Part shown: one piece after another, positions 11,107 through 22,469 of the stretch | Layout: each line of letters starts with the position of its first letter | Position numbering within the stretch: the first letter of the stretch is position 1 | Assembly: GCA_965237805.1 (NCBI GenBank) | Contig: OZ250153.1 | Coordinates: 704,001-768,000 of the forward strand | Direction: 5' to 3' | Source of the DNA: Gammaproteobacteria bacterium | GTDB taxonomy: Bacteria > Pseudomonadota > Gammaproteobacteria > JABABF01 | DNA length: 64,000 bases | Program-made: the position numbers and the translations under genes | The notes under the pieces: model-generated | The model's input: the letters and a program-made list of their open reading frames with translations, nothing else | Databases searched by the model: none | Told to the model about the DNA's origin: nothing

Positions 11107-11705
11107 CAGATGGCGCTCTGCCGCCGCAGCGCCTCTCGGATCAGCGCTTCACTGCTAGCGGTATCGGCCGTACGCCGCGCCTCAGCAACCATGCGAGCTG
11201 ACTCGCGCACCCCGTAGCCCAAAACCACTAGCGCCTGCTCGGCGTCGCGTACCGCTTGGCCACTGGCCACCGATGCGCTGGGCGGCGCGCTCACCCATAA
11301 CGCCAGCTTATCCCGCACTTCGACCACCAGCCGCTCGGCGGTGCGCTTGCCGATACCGCGCACAGCGGCGAGCTGCACCACATCGCCATCGCGAACACAG
11401 CGCACCAATTCTGCCACCGTCATACCAGACAGCGCAGCCAGCGCCAAACCGGGACCGACGCCAGCAACCCGGATCAGAATACGAAACAGATCGCGCTCGG
11501 CCAGCTCGCCAAAACCGTACAGCTGCCAGTCGTCGGCGCGTACCACCAAATGGGTATGCAGACGCAGCTCCTCACCGAGCGGCGGCAGACGCATGCTCAG
11601 ACTGGTGGGAACCCGCAGCTCCACGCTCACCCCTCCGGCCACTTCCAAAGCGAGCACGCCATCCACCGGCGCTCGCGACAAGCAGCCACGCAACTCGCCG
11701 ATCAC
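11106..11705 (-). CDS. ruvA: Holliday junction DNA-binding protein RuvA
   Basis: [29 protein letters not shown]; GTG start overlapping the ruvC stop. Confidence 0.93.
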   Translation of the reverse strand: MIGELRGCLSRAPVDGVLALEVAGGVSVELRVPTSLSMRLPPLGEELRLHTHLVVRADDWQLYGFGELAERDLFRILIRVAGVGPGLALAALSGMTVAELVRCVRDGDVVQLAAVRGIGKRTAERLVVEVRDKLALWVSAPPSASVASGQAVRDAEQALVVLGYGVRESARMVAEARRTADTASSEALIREALRRQSAI

Positions 11706-12208
11706 AGTGCCACCCGCCGCACTGCCACCGGATTGCGATAGCTGTGGCACAGCGCCACCGCCAGTGCGTCGGCGGCATCCTCGGGCGGCACGGAAGACAG
11801 CCGCAACAATTGACAAACCATGTACTGCACTTGCCCTTTGTCGGCGCGCCCACTCGAAGTCACTGCCTTCTTCACCATCGCTGGCGCATACTCGGCAACT
11901 GTGAGGCCAGCCTCGGCCGCCGCCAACAAGACCACACCGCGCGTTTGGCCGAGTGTGATGGCAGTGGCGGGATTGCGCGACACGAAGACTCCCTCCACGG
12001 CCATCACACTCGGTGCGACACGCTCAATCACGGCGGACAAAGCGCGGTAAATCGTGGACAGACGGCAAGCCGTATCCGCGTTGGCTGGCGGACGGATACA
12101 GCCCCAGTCATAGCAGCGCTCGCGGCCAGCGACGCAGTGTAGGACCCCGTAGCCCGTGCTGCGGCTACCGACATCGATACCGAGGATGATCTGATCGGGC
12201 TCCGCCAC
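11702..12208 (-). CDS. ruvC: Crossover junction endonuclease RuvC
   Basis: ILGIDVGSRSTGYG, AVE, LGQTRG, DAADALAVA; start uncertain. Confidence 0.93.
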   Translation of the reverse strand: MAEPDQIILGIDVGSRSTGYGVLHCVAGRERCYDWGCIRPPANADTACRLSTIYRALSAVIERVAPSVMAVEGVFVSRNPATAITLGQTRGVVLLAAAEAGLTVAEYAPAMVKKAVTSSGRADKGQVQYMVCQLLRLSSVPPEDAADALAVALCHSYRNPVAVRRVAL

Positions 12209-12218
12209 CGGCTCGGGC

Positions 12219-12971
12219 TCAGCCAGTCTCGAAGGAGGTGTCGGGGAAGGAGGCATTGCAGTAGAGATTTTGGGCATCGTCCAAAGTTTCCAATGCCTCC
12301 AGCAAGCGCAGGCCAGCAGCTGCGTGGCCAGCATCCATCGGCACTACCGTGTGCGGTAGGCGGGTCAAACCGCCGCGCAGGGGAATCATGCCAGCGTCGC
12401 CGAGCACATCCGATATCGCATTGTAGGCCGCCACTGGTGTCAGCACCTGCCAGCATCCCTCTTCGCCATCGGCGCGGAGCCGCTCCACCTCCTCGGCACC
12501 GGCGGCAACCGCCACATCGATCAGCTGCTCCTCATCGATAGAGGATGCGAGCACGAATTCGCCACAGTGGCGAAACAGATGTGCCACCGCTCCATTTTCA
12601 GAGAGATTGCCACCAGCACGGCTAAAGGCATGGCGCACGGCGGCGGCAGTGCGGTTGCGGTTGTCGGTCAGCGTCTCGACCAGCACCGCCATCCCACCGG
12701 GACCATAGCCCTCGTAGACAATCTCATCCAGTCGCTCTGCTGTGCCGACACCGCTGCCCCGCGCCACCGAGCGTACGATGTTATCGCGGCTGACATTGGC
12801 CTGCTGCGCACGCTCGATGGCTGAACGCAAGCGCGGATTAGCTGCCGGGTCGGCCTCGCTACCAGCTGCCACGACAATTTCACGCAATAGCCGCGTGAAC
12901 AGTTTGCCCCGGCGCGCATCCTGTGAGGCCTTGCGGACACGGATGTTGGCCCACTTGCTGTGTCCCGCCAC
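12219..12971 (-). CDS. yebC: YebC/PmpR family protein
   Basis: MAGHSKWANI, YEGYGPGG, TDNRNRT. Confidence 0.95.
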   Translation of the reverse strand: MAGHSKWANIRVRKASQDARRGKLFTRLLREIVVAAGSEADPAANPRLRSAIERAQQANVSRDNIVRSVARGSGVGTAERLDEIVYEGYGPGGMAVLVETLTDNRNRTAAAVRHAFSRAGGNLSENGAVAHLFRHCGEFVLASSIDEEQLIDVAVAAGAEEVERLRADGEEGCWQVLTPVAAYNAISDVLGDAGMIPLRGGLTRLPHTVVPMDAGHAAAGLRLLEALETLDDAQNLYCNASFPDTSFETG

Positions 12972-12998
12972 CGCCGTGCCTCCCAGACCAACGCCACA

Positions 12999-14777
12999 CT
13001 AGGCGAGCGGTTTGAGCCCCAATGCCGCCCACTGCTCAGCGCTTGCAGGGCCGGGGGCTCCGGTCATCAGGCACTGACCGTTCTGCGTCTTGGGAAAAGC
13101 GATGACATCGCGAATCGAGTCGCCGCCAGAGAGCAACATCGCCATACGATCCAAGCCAAAGGCGAAACCTCCGTGCGGCGGGCAGCCATGCGTCAGCGCT
13201 CGGAGTAAGAAGCCGAAGCGCGTCTCGAGCTCGGCATCGTCTAGGCCCAACACCGAAAACACCGCCCGTTGCGTCTCCGGGCTGTGGATGCGGATCGACC
13301 CGCCGCCGAGTTCGATGCCGTTCAACACCAAGTCATAAGAGCGGGAACCCGCTGCGCCAGGTGTTGCGCGCAGAGCCTCAGCGGAGCAGTCCGGCGCGGT
13401 GAATGGGTGATGCAAGGAAGTCCATCGACCTTCGGCATCGCGCTCAAACAGTGGAAACTCCACCACCCACAGCGGTGCCCATGGCACCGTCATCAGCTGC
13501 CGATCGACAGCGAGGCGATTGCGCAGAGCTCCGAGGGATCGATTGACCATATCGCATTCGCCAGCGCCGAAGAACAGGATATCGCCGCTCTCGGCACCGA
13601 GCTGCTCAAGAATGCCAGACAGCGCACGCTCAGATAGAAATTTGAGAATCGGCGACTGCAAACCCTCGGTGCCAGCCGCCAGATCATTGACTTTGATCCA
13701 CGCCAAGCCACCGGCACCGAACTCGCCGACAAACTTGGTATAGCCGTCGATCTCGCGCCGACTCAGCGCACCACCTCCCGGCAGTCGCAGCCCCGCCACC
13801 CGACAATCATCTGCCTCGGCAGGAGCACGAAAGATCTCGAAGGCTTCCCCGCGCATCAACTCGGCGAGCTCAACCAATTGCAGCGAATGCCGCAGATCCG
13901 GCTTGTCGCTGCCATAGCGCGCCAGCACCTCGGCGTAGCTCAAGCGCGCAAAAGGCGGCAGCTCGAGTTCCAATAACTCGGCGAACAGATGGCGCATCAA
14001 TGCTTCGACCAATGTCATCAGCTCGGCCTCATCGACAAAAGAGGCTTCGATGTCGATCTGGGTGAATTCCGGCTGACGGTCGGAGCGCAGATCCTCATCC
14101 CGGAAACAGCGGGCAAACTGGTAATAGCGATCCAAACCGCCGATCATCAGCAGCTGCTTGAACAGCTGTGGCGACTGGGCCAAGGCGTAGGTGTTGCCCG
14201 CCTGCAGGCGGCTCGGAGCCAAATAGTCGCGTGCACCCTCCGGAGTCGAACTGGTCAGCACAGGGGTCTCGACCTCAAGCAAGCCTTGCTCTTCCAAAAA
14301 ACCCCGCGCCACCGAACTCAGGCGGGAGCGCAGCCGCAAGTGCTGTTGCAGAGCCGGGCGGCGCAAATCCACGTGGCGGTGGCGCAGGCGCACCTCCTCG
14401 CCGACTTGAATATGGCCGTCGAGCTGGAATGGTAGCGGCTCGGCCTCGTTCAAAATCTCCAACGTTTGACCGTGCACTTCGATGGCACCGGTGGGCAGAG
14501 AGGGATTGCACAAGGCGTCCTCACGGGCACGCACCACTCCGCACAGGCGCAACACGTACTCTGGGCGCACGGTCTCGGCGCGCTGGAAATGCGCTTCGAC
14601 ACTGGGGTCGAACACCACCTGCACCAAGCCTTCCCGATCGCGCAGGTCGATGAAAATGACACCGCCGTGGTCGCGACGACGGTCGGCCCAGCCGCAAAGC
14701 GTCACCTCAGTGCCGATATCAGCTGCCCGCAACGCCCCGCAGTAGTGGCTGCGCATGGAGGTGGCGGCGGGTGACAT
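12999..14777 (-). CDS. aspS: Aspartate--tRNA ligase
   Basis: MRSHYCG, RRDHGG, TPEGARD, LAQSPQLFKQ, FRDEDLR, GGSIRIH, GLDR. Confidence 0.97.
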   Translation of the reverse strand: MSPAATSMRSHYCGALRAADIGTEVTLCGWADRRRDHGGVIFIDLRDREGLVQVVFDPSVEAHFQRAETVRPEYVLRLCGVVRAREDALCNPSLPTGAIEVHGQTLEILNEAEPLPFQLDGHIQVGEEVRLRHRHVDLRRPALQQHLRLRSRLSSVARGFLEEQGLLEVETPVLTSSTPEGARDYLAPSRLQAGNTYALAQSPQLFKQLLMIGGLDRYYQFARCFRDEDLRSDRQPEFTQIDIEASFVDEAELMTLVEALMRHLFAELLELELPPFARLSYAEVLARYGSDKPDLRHSLQLVELAELMRGEAFEIFRAPAEADDCRVAGLRLPGGGALSRREIDGYTKFVGEFGAGGLAWIKVNDLAAGTEGLQSPILKFLSERALSGILEQLGAESGDILFFGAGECDMVNRSLGALRNRLAVDRQLMTVPWAPLWVVEFPLFERDAEGRWTSLHHPFTAPDCSAEALRATPGAAGSRSYDLVLNGIELGGGSIRIHSPETQRAVFSVLGLDDAELETRFGFLLRALTHGCPPHGGFAFGLDRMAMLLSGGDSIRDVIAFPKTQNGQCLMTGAPGPASAEQWAALGLKPLA

Positions 14778-14858
14778 CAGCTCAGCTTAGGGGTCGATGT
14801 GCGGTGGTGTTGCACCCAACCGAGGGGGAGGGCCGTCGCAGTGGCAGACAAGGCAACA

Positions 14859-15275
14859 TCAGCTCTCGGTACCAGCTGTCGGCGATGGTGTGGAGCCCAC
14901 TTTGGCCTCGCTGGCGGGTGCCTTCTTGTCCTCTCCCTTCAGTGGGGAGGTAGTGCCACTGTCGCCACCACTGGTATCCGCCGCCTTTTGCTGCTTGGCC
15001 GTATCCTGGGTCGTGTCCTTAGCCATATCTTTGACCGTATCTTTGGCAGCGCTATCAGTCTCGTCGCTACGCTCCACATCGCTTTTGGCAGCTGTCTTGA
15101 AATCCGTCTCGTACCAGCCGCTACCACGCAGCTGGAAAGCGGCCGATGTCACTTGCTTGCGCAAGGTGCTGGTAGCACCACAAAGGTCGCAGGTAGCGGG
15201 AGCCACCGCCCCCATCGGCTGTAAAAACTCGGATGCCTCGCCACAGGCAGAACAACTGTAAACGTAGATTGGCAT
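14859..15275 (-). CDS. FmdB family zinc-ribbon protein
   Basis: MPIYVYSCSAC...CDLC...FQLRGSGWYETDF, followed by a low-complexity tail. Confidence 0.88.
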   Translation of the reverse strand: MPIYVYSCSACGEASEFLQPMGAVAPATCDLCGATSTLRKQVTSAAFQLRGSGWYETDFKTAAKSDVERSDETDSAAKDTVKDMAKDTTQDTAKQQKAADTSGGDSGTTSPLKGEDKKAPASEAKVGSTPSPTAGTES

Positions 15276-15414
15276 AGTCTTGCAGGCAGAGGATTCATAC
15301 TGCCAATTTCCGCCAAGAGCGGCACCTAGCCCCGCAACAAGCACGGGCTAGCGGATCTGGCAGTAACCGCGCAACGCGACACCACCGCTGCGCAGCCAAT
15401 CAATTTAGCTGTAT

Positions 15415-15819
15415 TTATTTGGTGACGGCGTACTCTTTGAGTCTTTTCAACGCCCGCAGTCTCACTGTGCGGGTGGCTGGCTTCGCTTTGAAGATCGTCG
15501 GCTCGCCAGTGAAAGGATTGGTACCCTTGCGAGCCTTGGTCGCTTTCTTCTTGACTGTCACAGCCTTGAACAGGCCCGGCCAGACAAACTCACCGACGCT
15601 TCCTGACTTGAGGCTACGGGCGAGCACCACTTCCAACTCCTCGAGCACCAAGGCCACCTGCTTGCGCGGCAATGCTGTCTGAGCGGCGAGCTCGTTGAGC
15701 AACTGCGCCTTGCTGAGACGGGCACGCAATGAGACCAATTTGCGCACTGGCTTTGCTTTGGCTGAGGCTTTGCGGGGCTTCTTAGCTGCAGCAGCACTTT
15801 TTTTCTTGGTGGTGGCCAT
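15415..15819 (-). CDS. HU/IHF-family DNA-binding protein with a Lys/Ala-rich N-terminal tail
   Basis: SKAQLL..LA, PGLFK, ARKGTNPFTGE. Confidence 0.88.
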   Translation of the reverse strand: MATTKKKSAAAAKKPRKASAKAKPVRKLVSLRARLSKAQLLNELAAQTALPRKQVALVLEELEVVLARSLKSGSVGEFVWPGLFKAVTVKKKATKARKGTNPFTGEPTIFKAKPATRTVRLRALKRLKEYAVTK

Positions 15820-15927
15820 GGTGACTATCTTCCTCTAGTTCTGGTCATTGAATTAAGACTAGTGGCGGAACTGGCGACGACCGGTCACGCGAGACCGCAC
15901 CACTAGCACACCCCAAGGCATAAGCGC

Positions 15928-15955
15928 ATTTTAGAAACAAACTCAAAAAAAGCAA
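15928..15955 (-). promoter_or_regulatory. Putative sigma70 promoter for the HU-like gene
   Basis: TTGCTT-16 bp-TAAAAT in an AT-rich patch. Confidence 0.45.
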
Positions 15956-15982
15956 GCGCGGCACATGACTGGCAACAGCGGG

Positions 15983-16429
15983 CTAGCTCTGTACACTAGC
16001 ATCACCAACGACGACTGCAGCATCATCCGGCTCCAGCTGCGCCGCGTCGGCGCGCTGCGATTGGTAGCCGGGGCGGTCGACCAATTCCACGCTGGCCATC
16101 TGAGCCTTATCACCAGCACGCAAGCCAGCTCGCAACACCCGCAAATAACCGCCGGGCCGATCGCTGTACCGCGCCCCCAACTCGTCGAACAATTTGCCAA
16201 CCGCCACTCGGTCACGCAAAAAAGCGGCGGCACGGCGGCGGGCAGCCACCGTGCCGCCGCGCCGCGCCAAGCTGATCAAGGGCTCGGCGTAGCGCCGCAA
16301 TTCCCGCGCCTTGGGCAAGGTGGTATGAATCAGCTCGTGGCGAAACAACGACGCCGCCATGTTGCGAAACATCGCGCGCCGATGGCTGGGGGTGCGGTTG
16401 AACTTGCGTCCCTGATCCCGATGTCGCAT
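15983..16429 (-). CDS. rplQ: 50S ribosomal protein L17
   Basis: [22 protein letters not shown]. Confidence 0.96.
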   Translation of the reverse strand: MRHRDQGRKFNRTPSHRRAMFRNMAASLFRHELIHTTLPKARELRRYAEPLISLARRGGTVAARRRAAAFLRDRVAVGKLFDELGARYSDRPGGYLRVLRAGLRAGDKAQMASVELVDRPGYQSQRADAAQLEPDDAAVVVGDASVQS

Positions 16430-16458
16430 CGTCTGATCCTGCTCTCGCCGCTGAGACC

Positions 16459-17559
16459 TTAGTGTTGCGGAACAGGCGGCGGCCACTGTACCGGCTGTTC
16501 GAGCATGTAACCCTCCAACGCCAAGGCCGCCTTGATTTCTTCCAAGGACTTTTTGCCGATGTTCGGCGTCTTCAGCAAAACGCGCTCGCTACGGCTCACC
16601 AAATCGCCAATTCGGGTCACCCCGACTTCGCGCAAGAAACCACAGGTGCGGGCAGACAGATCCAACTCAGTCACCGGGCGCAGCAAGTTGGGGTCGATAT
16701 CATCGAAAGATCCGTCCCGGCGGTAATCACTGCCGAGCAAGGGTTCAAACTGGGCGTAGAGGGTATGTGCCGCCTGACGCAGTGCTTCATCCGGCGTGAC
16801 AGTGCCATCGGTCTCCAGCTCAATTTGTAATTTGTCGAAATCAGTGTGACCTTCGACGCGTGCGCCCTGCACCGTATAAGCGACGCGACGCACCGGACTA
16901 AAAGAGGCATCCAAAGACAGGCGCCCTATGGGTGAGGCCTCACGACGCTCGATCAGCGCTTCCTCATCGACCCCTTCCACTGCCAACCAAGCTTGGTCGC
17001 CGGGGACATAGCCGCGCCCGCGACGCGCCACCAGCACCGCCTGCAACTCCACCGCCGCATCCAAGTGGGCGATGATGTGATCAGGGTTGGCGAGCTCAAC
17101 ATCGTGACTAAGACGGATGTCGCTAGCACGCACCTCACCTGGCCCCTTGACCTTGAGTTCCAATTCCACCTCTTCGCGCCCCGGCATGGAAAGGGCGACT
17201 TGCTTGAGGTTCATCAAGATGTCGATGACATCTTCGCGTACCCCTTGGAGTGTGCTGTACTCATGCAATGCACCGGTAATGGTCGCCTCGGTGATCGCCG
17301 CACCTTGAATGGAGGACAGTAGCACCCGCCGCAACGCATTGCCCAGCGTGTGCCCAAAGCCGCGCTCCAACGGCTCCAGCGTGATACTGGCACGATGTTC
17401 CCCCAGCCGCTCAATGCTGACATCCCCAGCGCTCAGGGGGGACAGGTCCAGCTTGACAGAGTGGGGGGTATCGCTGTTATCTGTGGGCATGGTGTTATCC
17501 GTAGGCATGGCGGGGTTCTCTAATATCTGCCGAGTCAATAACTCGGTTTGGCGGTCCAT
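16459..17559 (-). CDS. rpoA: RNA polymerase alpha subunit
   Basis: [41 protein letters not shown]; alternative starts at 17508/17490. Confidence 0.96.
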   Translation of the reverse strand: MDRQTELLTRQILENPAMPTDNTMPTDNSDTPHSVKLDLSPLSAGDVSIERLGEHRASITLEPLERGFGHTLGNALRRVLLSSIQGAAITEATITGALHEYSTLQGVREDVIDILMNLKQVALSMPGREEVELELKVKGPGEVRASDIRLSHDVELANPDHIIAHLDAAVELQAVLVARRGRGYVPGDQAWLAVEGVDEEALIERREASPIGRLSLDASFSPVRRVAYTVQGARVEGHTDFDKLQIELETDGTVTPDEALRQAAHTLYAQFEPLLGSDYRRDGSFDDIDPNLLRPVTELDLSARTCGFLREVGVTRIGDLVSRSERVLLKTPNIGKKSLEEIKAALALEGYMLEQPVQWPPPVPQH

Positions 17560-17563
17560 CCAA

Positions 17564-18193
17564 TCACTTGGAATACAGCTCGACGATCAAACTTTCGTTG
17601 ATCCAGCCAGGCATTTCGTCTCGATCCGGGTGGCGGCGATAGACCCCTGAACGGTTGGGGGCATCGATGTCGATCCACGGTGCAAACACGCGTTGGCTGG
17701 CCAGCATTAGCGCCGTTTCCAAGCGACCCTGAGCACGGGCGCGCTCAGCCACCGTCACCACATCACCCGGCACCAACTGATAGGAGGGGATATTCACCCG
17801 CCGACCATTGACCTCGATTGCGCGGTGCGAGACCAATTGCCTCGCCTCGGCACGCGTAGCGGCAAAACCCAAGCGATAGACCACATTGTCCAAACGCTGC
17901 TCGAGCATGCGCAATAGGTTGGATCCAGTGGCACCAGTGGCACGCGCCGCCTTGCGGTAGTAATTGCGGAACTGGCGTTCCAAAACGCCATACATGCGCC
18001 GCACTTTTTGCTTTTCGCGCAACTGCACACGGTAGTCACTGGGACGCAGGCGGCGATCGCCATGCATACCCGGCGGTGTTTCAGCCTTCTTCTCGCCACA
18101 TTTGTCTTTGAGCGAGCGCATGCCACTCTTCAACTGTAGATCTTGCCCCTCGCGCCGGGACAAACGGCAAGTGGGTCCACGATATCTAGCCAT
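17564..18193 (-). CDS. rpsD: 30S ribosomal protein S4
   Basis: [34 protein letters not shown]. Confidence 0.97.
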   Translation of the reverse strand: MARYRGPTCRLSRREGQDLQLKSGMRSLKDKCGEKKAETPPGMHGDRRLRPSDYRVQLREKQKVRRMYGVLERQFRNYYRKAARATGATGSNLLRMLEQRLDNVVYRLGFAATRAEARQLVSHRAIEVNGRRVNIPSYQLVPGDVVTVAERARAQGRLETALMLASQRVFAPWIDIDAPNRSGVYRRHPDRDEMPGWINESLIVELYSK

Positions 18194-18216
18194 TGCTCTG
18201 CACCTTCAGCCAGCGC

Positions 18217-18609
18217 TCAGGGACGGCGCCGTTTGCGGGGACGACAACCGTTGTGCGGAAAAGTGGTGACATCGGCGATGCGCGAGATGGTGAAGCCGAC
18301 ATTGCTCAGCGAGCGAACCGCCGATTCTCGACCCGGACCTGGCCCGCGCACCCGCACCTCCAAGCCCTGAACCCCCCACTCTTGTGCCGCACGCCCGGCG
18401 CGCTCGGCTGCCACCTGAGCGGCGAACGGTGTGCTCTTGCGCGAACCGCGAAAACCGGCACCACCAGCCGTAGCCCAAGAAAGTGTGTTGCCTTGCAGGT
18501 CGGTGATGGTCACCACCGTATTGTTGAAAGTGGCGTAGATATGAGCAATACCCTCTGTAACCGAACGCGGTTTGCGCACTCTGGACGAAGTTTTGCTTTT
18601 GACTGGCAT
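18217..18609 (-). CDS. rpsK: 30S ribosomal protein S11
   Basis: [26 protein letters not shown]. Confidence 0.97.
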   Translation of the reverse strand: MPVKSKTSSRVRKPRSVTEGIAHIYATFNNTVVTITDLQGNTLSWATAGGAGFRGSRKSTPFAAQVAAERAGRAAQEWGVQGLEVRVRGPGPGRESAVRSLSNVGFTISRIADVTTFPHNGCRPRKRRRP

Positions 18610-18631
18610 CAGATGAACGCTCTGCTAAGGG

Positions 18632-19000
18632 CTAGCTTGCGGTAGTGCGGGCACGGATGGCGCGCCGCGGCCCCTTGCGCGTGCGCGCATTGGTGCAGGT
18701 GCGTTGCCCACGCACCGGCAATCCGCGCCGGTGACGTATGCCGCGATAGCACCCCAAATCCATCAGTCGCTTGATGTTGAGAGTGGTTTCCCGGCGCAAG
18801 TCTCCCTCCACCCTCAACTGGCCAATCTCGCGCCGTATGGTGTCCGCAACTGCCTCGCTGAGCGCACTCACTCGAGTGCTGCCATTGATCTGCAAACGCT
18901 CGCACAGCTTGCGCGCACGGCTAGGGCCAATGCCGTAAATCGCAGTCAAGGCGACGACCAAGTGTTTGTGATCCGGTATGTTGACACCAACTATGCGCAT
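18632..19000 (-). CDS. rpsM: 30S ribosomal protein S13
   Basis: [28 protein letters not shown]. Confidence 0.97.
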   Translation of the reverse strand: MRIVGVNIPDHKHLVVALTAIYGIGPSRARKLCERLQINGSTRVSALSEAVADTIRREIGQLRVEGDLRRETTLNIKRLMDLGCYRGIRHRRGLPVRGQRTCTNARTRKGPRRAIRARTTAS

Positions 19001-19056
19001 TGGCGACCAGTCCTCCTGTTGCCCGACTCGACAGTCACTGATCTCCGAGCTGGAAG

Positions 19057-19085
19057 ATTGTCAACTTTTTGACGATTAAAAGCAA
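19057..19085 (-). promoter_or_regulatory. Putative alpha-operon promoter
   Basis: TTGCTT-17 bp-GACAAT upstream of rpsM. Confidence 0.5.
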
Positions 19086-19123
19086 GTGCACACAAGGGCA
19101 AGCAGCTGGTAATCATGCCCAAA

Positions 19124-19237
19124 CTAACCCTGCCGCTGCTTGTGACGCGGCTCGGAACAGATCACGCGCAACACCCGCCGGCGGCGCACAATCTTGCAAT
19201 TGCGGCAAATTTTCTTCACTGAAGCCCTCACTTTCAT
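19124..19237 (-). CDS. rpmJ: 50S ribosomal protein L36 (zinc-binding form); not in the ORF track
   Basis: Manual translation [37 protein letters not shown]. Confidence 0.97.
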   Translation of the reverse strand: MKVRASVKKICRNCKIVRRRRVLRVICSEPRHKQRQG

Positions 19238-19250
19238 CGCTACCACCCCC

Positions 19251-20591
19251 TCAACGCGTGGTTCCAGTGCGCCCGTAGCCTGAGGACACCAAGTTCGCTT
19301 TTTTCATCAGCGATTGGTACTGGTGGCTCATCAGATGCGATTGCACTTGGGAGAGAAAATCCATCGTCACGACGACGACGATCAATAAGGAAGTGCCACC
19401 CAGATAGAACGGCACATTCCACAACACGATCAAAAACTGCGGCATCAGGCAGACCAGCGTGATGTAAATCGCCCCGAATAAGGTCAGCCGCGTCAACACG
19501 CCGTCTATGTAATCAGCCGTGTGCTCGCCGGGACGGATACCGGGCACGAAAGCACCGCTACGCTTGAGGTTCTCGGCCACCTCGCGCGGGTTAAAAATCA
19601 GCGAGGTATAGAAAAAACAGAAGAAAATGATCATCGCCGCAAACAGCAACACATGTAGCGGCTGGCCGGGAGAAATGGCAAAAGCCAGATCTTGCAACAA
19701 GGCGGTGCGCCCCTGCCCTTGGCCAAACCACTGCGCCAGTGAGCTGGGGAAAAGCAGGATACTGCTGGCGAAGATTGCCGGGATCACACCAGCCATATTG
19801 AGCTTCAACGGCAGATGCCCCGGCGGCTGCATCGCCATGCCCTGCGGTCGACGGGCATAGTTCAGCGTCACCCGCCGCTGACCACGCTCTATGTGGACGA
19901 TGAGATAGATCACCGCCAGCGCCAACGCCAGCAACAGCAACAACAACAACACATTGATCTGCCCTTGGCGCGCTTGCTCCAGCGACTGGCCAACCGCACT
20001 CGGCAAGCCCGCGACAATACCGGCAAAGATCAGCATTGAGATGCCGTTGCCGATACCGCGCTCGGTCACTTGCTCACCGAGCCACATCATGAACACCGAG
20101 CCGGTCACCAAAGAGATCACCGAGGCCACATAGAAAGCGAACCCGGTGTCGCGCACCAAGCCCTCGCCAGAGATGGCCCCGGCCATGCCCATCGCCTGCA
20201 GAGCGGCCAACGCCACGGTCAGATAGCGTGTGTACTGCGAGATCTTGCGCCGCCCCATCTCACCTTCCTTGCGCAGCTGCTCCAGATGGGGGTGTACGGC
20301 ACTCATCATCTGGATGATGATGGAGGCGGTGATATACGGCACGACACCGAGCGCAAGGATGCTCATGCGCTCCAGTGCCCCACCGGAAAAAACATTGAAC
20401 AGGCCGAGCAAAGTGCCTTGATTCTGTTGAAACAGACGCGAGAGCTGCTCGGGATCGATGCCGGGCAATGGAATATGTGTGCCGATGCGATAGACCAAGA
20501 TGGCCAAGAACAAAAAGCGCAGGCGACGCAACAGCTCGCGAATACCCGGCTGTTGTAGCATCGAAGTGGCGGTGGCAGTATCAGCAGCCAT
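19251..20591 (-). CDS. secY: Preprotein translocase SecY
   Basis: [43 protein letters not shown]. Confidence 0.97.
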   Translation of the reverse strand: MAADTATATSMLQQPGIRELLRRLRFLFLAILVYRIGTHIPLPGIDPEQLSRLFQQNQGTLLGLFNVFSGGALERMSILALGVVPYITASIIIQMMSAVHPHLEQLRKEGEMGRRKISQYTRYLTVALAALQAMGMAGAISGEGLVRDTGFAFYVASVISLVTGSVFMMWLGEQVTERGIGNGISMLIFAGIVAGLPSAVGQSLEQARQGQINVLLLLLLLALALAVIYLIVHIERGQRRVTLNYARRPQGMAMQPPGHLPLKLNMAGVIPAIFASSILLFPSSLAQWFGQGQGRTALLQDLAFAISPGQPLHVLLFAAMIIFFCFFYTSLIFNPREVAENLKRSGAFVPGIRPGEHTADYIDGVLTRLTLFGAIYITLVCLMPQFLIVLWNVPFYLGGTSLLIVVVVTMDFLSQVQSHLMSHQYQSLMKKANLVSSGYGRTGTTR

Positions 20592-20596
20592 GATGT

Positions 20597-21094
20597 TTAG
20601 CTCGGCTCGGCAGTAGCCACAACCGCCCCACCAGCTGCTTCGATGGCCTTGCGGGCGCCTTGGGAAGCCGCGATGCCGTGTAGCCGCAACGCCCGCTGCG
20701 GCACCGGACCGGACAGGTAGACCCGCACCCGCTTAGCATTGTGCGCAACGAGGCCAGCTCGTTTGAGTGCTGACAGATCGACCACCTCCTCCGCATCGTC
20801 GGAGGCAGGCAGCTGCGCGAGCGCACCGAGCCGCAATTTGACGGTCAGCTGGCCGATCCGCGACTGAAAGCCAAATTTTGGCAGCCGCTGGTGTAGCGGC
20901 ATCTGGCCGCCCTCAAAACCGGCCCGCCGACTCGCCCCAGAACGCGATTTCTGTCCCTTGTGTCCGCGACCACAAGTCTTGCCCCAACCACTGCCAGTGC
21001 CACGGCCCACACGTCGCCTGTCACGACGACTGCCGGGTGCCGGTGCCAGCGCATTGAGCCCCCAGACGGGGCTGCTGTCCGAATGGTCTGCCAT
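20597..21094 (-). CDS. rplO: 50S ribosomal protein L15
   Basis: [28 protein letters not shown]. Confidence 0.96.
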   Translation of the reverse strand: MADHSDSSPVWGLNALAPAPGSRRDRRRVGRGTGSGWGKTCGRGHKGQKSRSGASRRAGFEGGQMPLHQRLPKFGFQSRIGQLTVKLRLGALAQLPASDDAEEVVDLSALKRAGLVAHNAKRVRVYLSGPVPQRALRLHGIAASQGARKAIEAAGGAVVATAEPS

Positions 21095-21103
21095 GGGTGC
21101 CGC

Positions 21104-21325
21104 TCAGTCCCGACTAGCGGCGCTCGGAGCCACAGTCGGCTCAGCCACTGCCAACAGATGGCGAGCGTGGGCAATCATGCCCCGCACAGCTGGCGTGTCC
21201 TCAACTATTACCGTCTGCCCGACACGACGCAAACCGAGGCCAGCAACACAGGCACGGCGTCGCGCCGGGCTACGGATCAGACTGCGCCTCAGCGTGACGC
21301 ACAGCTGTTGTGTGCCACCGCTCAT
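21104..21325 (-). CDS. rpmD: 50S ribosomal protein L30
   Basis: VTLRRSLI, LGLRRVGQTV.VEDTPAVRGM. Confidence 0.92.
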   Translation of the reverse strand: MSGGTQQLCVTLRRSLIRSPARRRACVAGLGLRRVGQTVIVEDTPAVRGMIAHARHLLAVAEPTVAPSAASRD

Positions 21326-21867
21326 CAATCCTTGCCCTCTTTGGCTGGCACGTCGGAACGGCCAAACAGTGCCGCGACCGAGCGCCCGCGCCGAGCGGCC
21401 ACCTCTTCCACCGATTGAATCGAGCTCAGACCCTTGAGCGTCGCTCGCACCACATTCACCGGATTGGTCGAGCCGTAGCATTTGGTCAGCACATCCTGCA
21501 CCCCGGCCAATTCCAATACCGCACGCATGGCACCGCCAGCAATGACACCTGTGCCCGGTGCCGCTGGCCGCATATACACACGAGAACTGCCATGGCGAGC
21601 CGTCACCGCATAGCGCAACGTGGTACCGCGCAAATGCACGTCGTGCATGTTGCGCTGGGCTGCGTCCAAGGACTTGTTGATTGCCAACGGCACTTCGCGC
21701 GCCTTGCCGCGACCAAATCCGACCCGCCCCTTGCCGTCGCCGACCACAGTCAGCGCCGCGAAATTGAACATGCGGCCACCCTTGACCACCTTGGCCACGC
21801 GCTGCACGGCAACCAACTTGTCCTGCAGACCCTCAATCTTCTCCTGCCCAGCCGGTGAAATCGCCAT
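21325..21867 (-). CDS. rpsE: 30S ribosomal protein S5
   Basis: [27 protein letters not shown]. Confidence 0.96.
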   Translation of the reverse strand: MAISPAGQEKIEGLQDKLVAVQRVAKVVKGGRMFNFAALTVVGDGKGRVGFGRGKAREVPLAINKSLDAAQRNMHDVHLRGTTLRYAVTARHGSSRVYMRPAAPGTGVIAGGAMRAVLELAGVQDVLTKCYGSTNPVNVVRATLKGLSSIQSVEEVAARRGRSVAALFGRSDVPAKEGKD

Positions 21868-21880
21868 CTGTGTCTCTCCT

Positions 21881-22231
21881 TTAGAAATGTAAGCCGGCTT
21901 CGCGCGCTGACTGAGCCAGCGACTCCACCCGACCGTGGTAGCGGTAACCGCTGCGATCAAACGCGACGGTGTCGATGCCAGTCGCGAGGACACGCTCGGC
22001 GATCAGCGCACCAACCCGCGCCGCGGCGGTGCGGTTGCCAGTCAACTCGTCGCGAAAATCCGCTTCCAGAGTGGAGGCCGCCGCCAACACCCGCGAACCC
22101 TCCGGCGTTAGCAATTGGGCGTAGATGTGGCGCGGCGTGCGGTACACGCTGAGACGCGGCAGACCGCGCGCACGAATGCGCCCACGCGCGCGCCGGGCGC
22201 GGCGCAGACGGGCTGATGTTGTCCCTGCCAT
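21881..22231 (-). CDS. rplR: 50S ribosomal protein L18
   Basis: [32 protein letters not shown]. Confidence 0.96.
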   Translation of the reverse strand: MAGTTSARLRRARRARGRIRARGLPRLSVYRTPRHIYAQLLTPEGSRVLAAASTLEADFRDELTGNRTAAARVGALIAERVLATGIDTVAFDRSGYRYHGRVESLAQSAREAGLHF

Positions 22232-22247
22232 GCTCACATCCTCATCA

Positions 22248-22445
22248 TTACAAATGCATACTGACCAAGGCCATCCAGACTGCCACCACCAAAAAAATGC
22301 CGGGGGTACCAAACAGGAGCGCACACAACAACGCGGCGGCCATCAGCACGATTTTCACCACTGTTGCGCTGTCTACCACCTCTCTAGAACCAGCGCCACC
22401 GCCGAACTCTATCGGGCGACCGTTACCGTCGTCTCTAGCTCCCAT
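22248..22445 (-). CDS. Hypothetical small membrane protein (65 aa) inside the spc operon
   Basis: Fills the rplF-rplR gap on the same strand; GAGGGG upstream of ATG; C-terminal ~38 aa hydrophobic. Confidence 0.6.
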   Translation of the reverse strand: MGARDDGNGRPIEFGGGAGSREVVDSATVVKIVLMAAALLCALLFGTPGIFLVVAVWMALVSMHL

Positions 22446-22469
22446 TGCTACCAAGCCCCTCACATCGCA

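Noticed and set aside
14990-15055. 12-nt periodic repeat in the FmdB-family protein tail (AKDT/VKDM/AKDT/TQDT)
   Set aside because: Low-complexity tails are normal in this family
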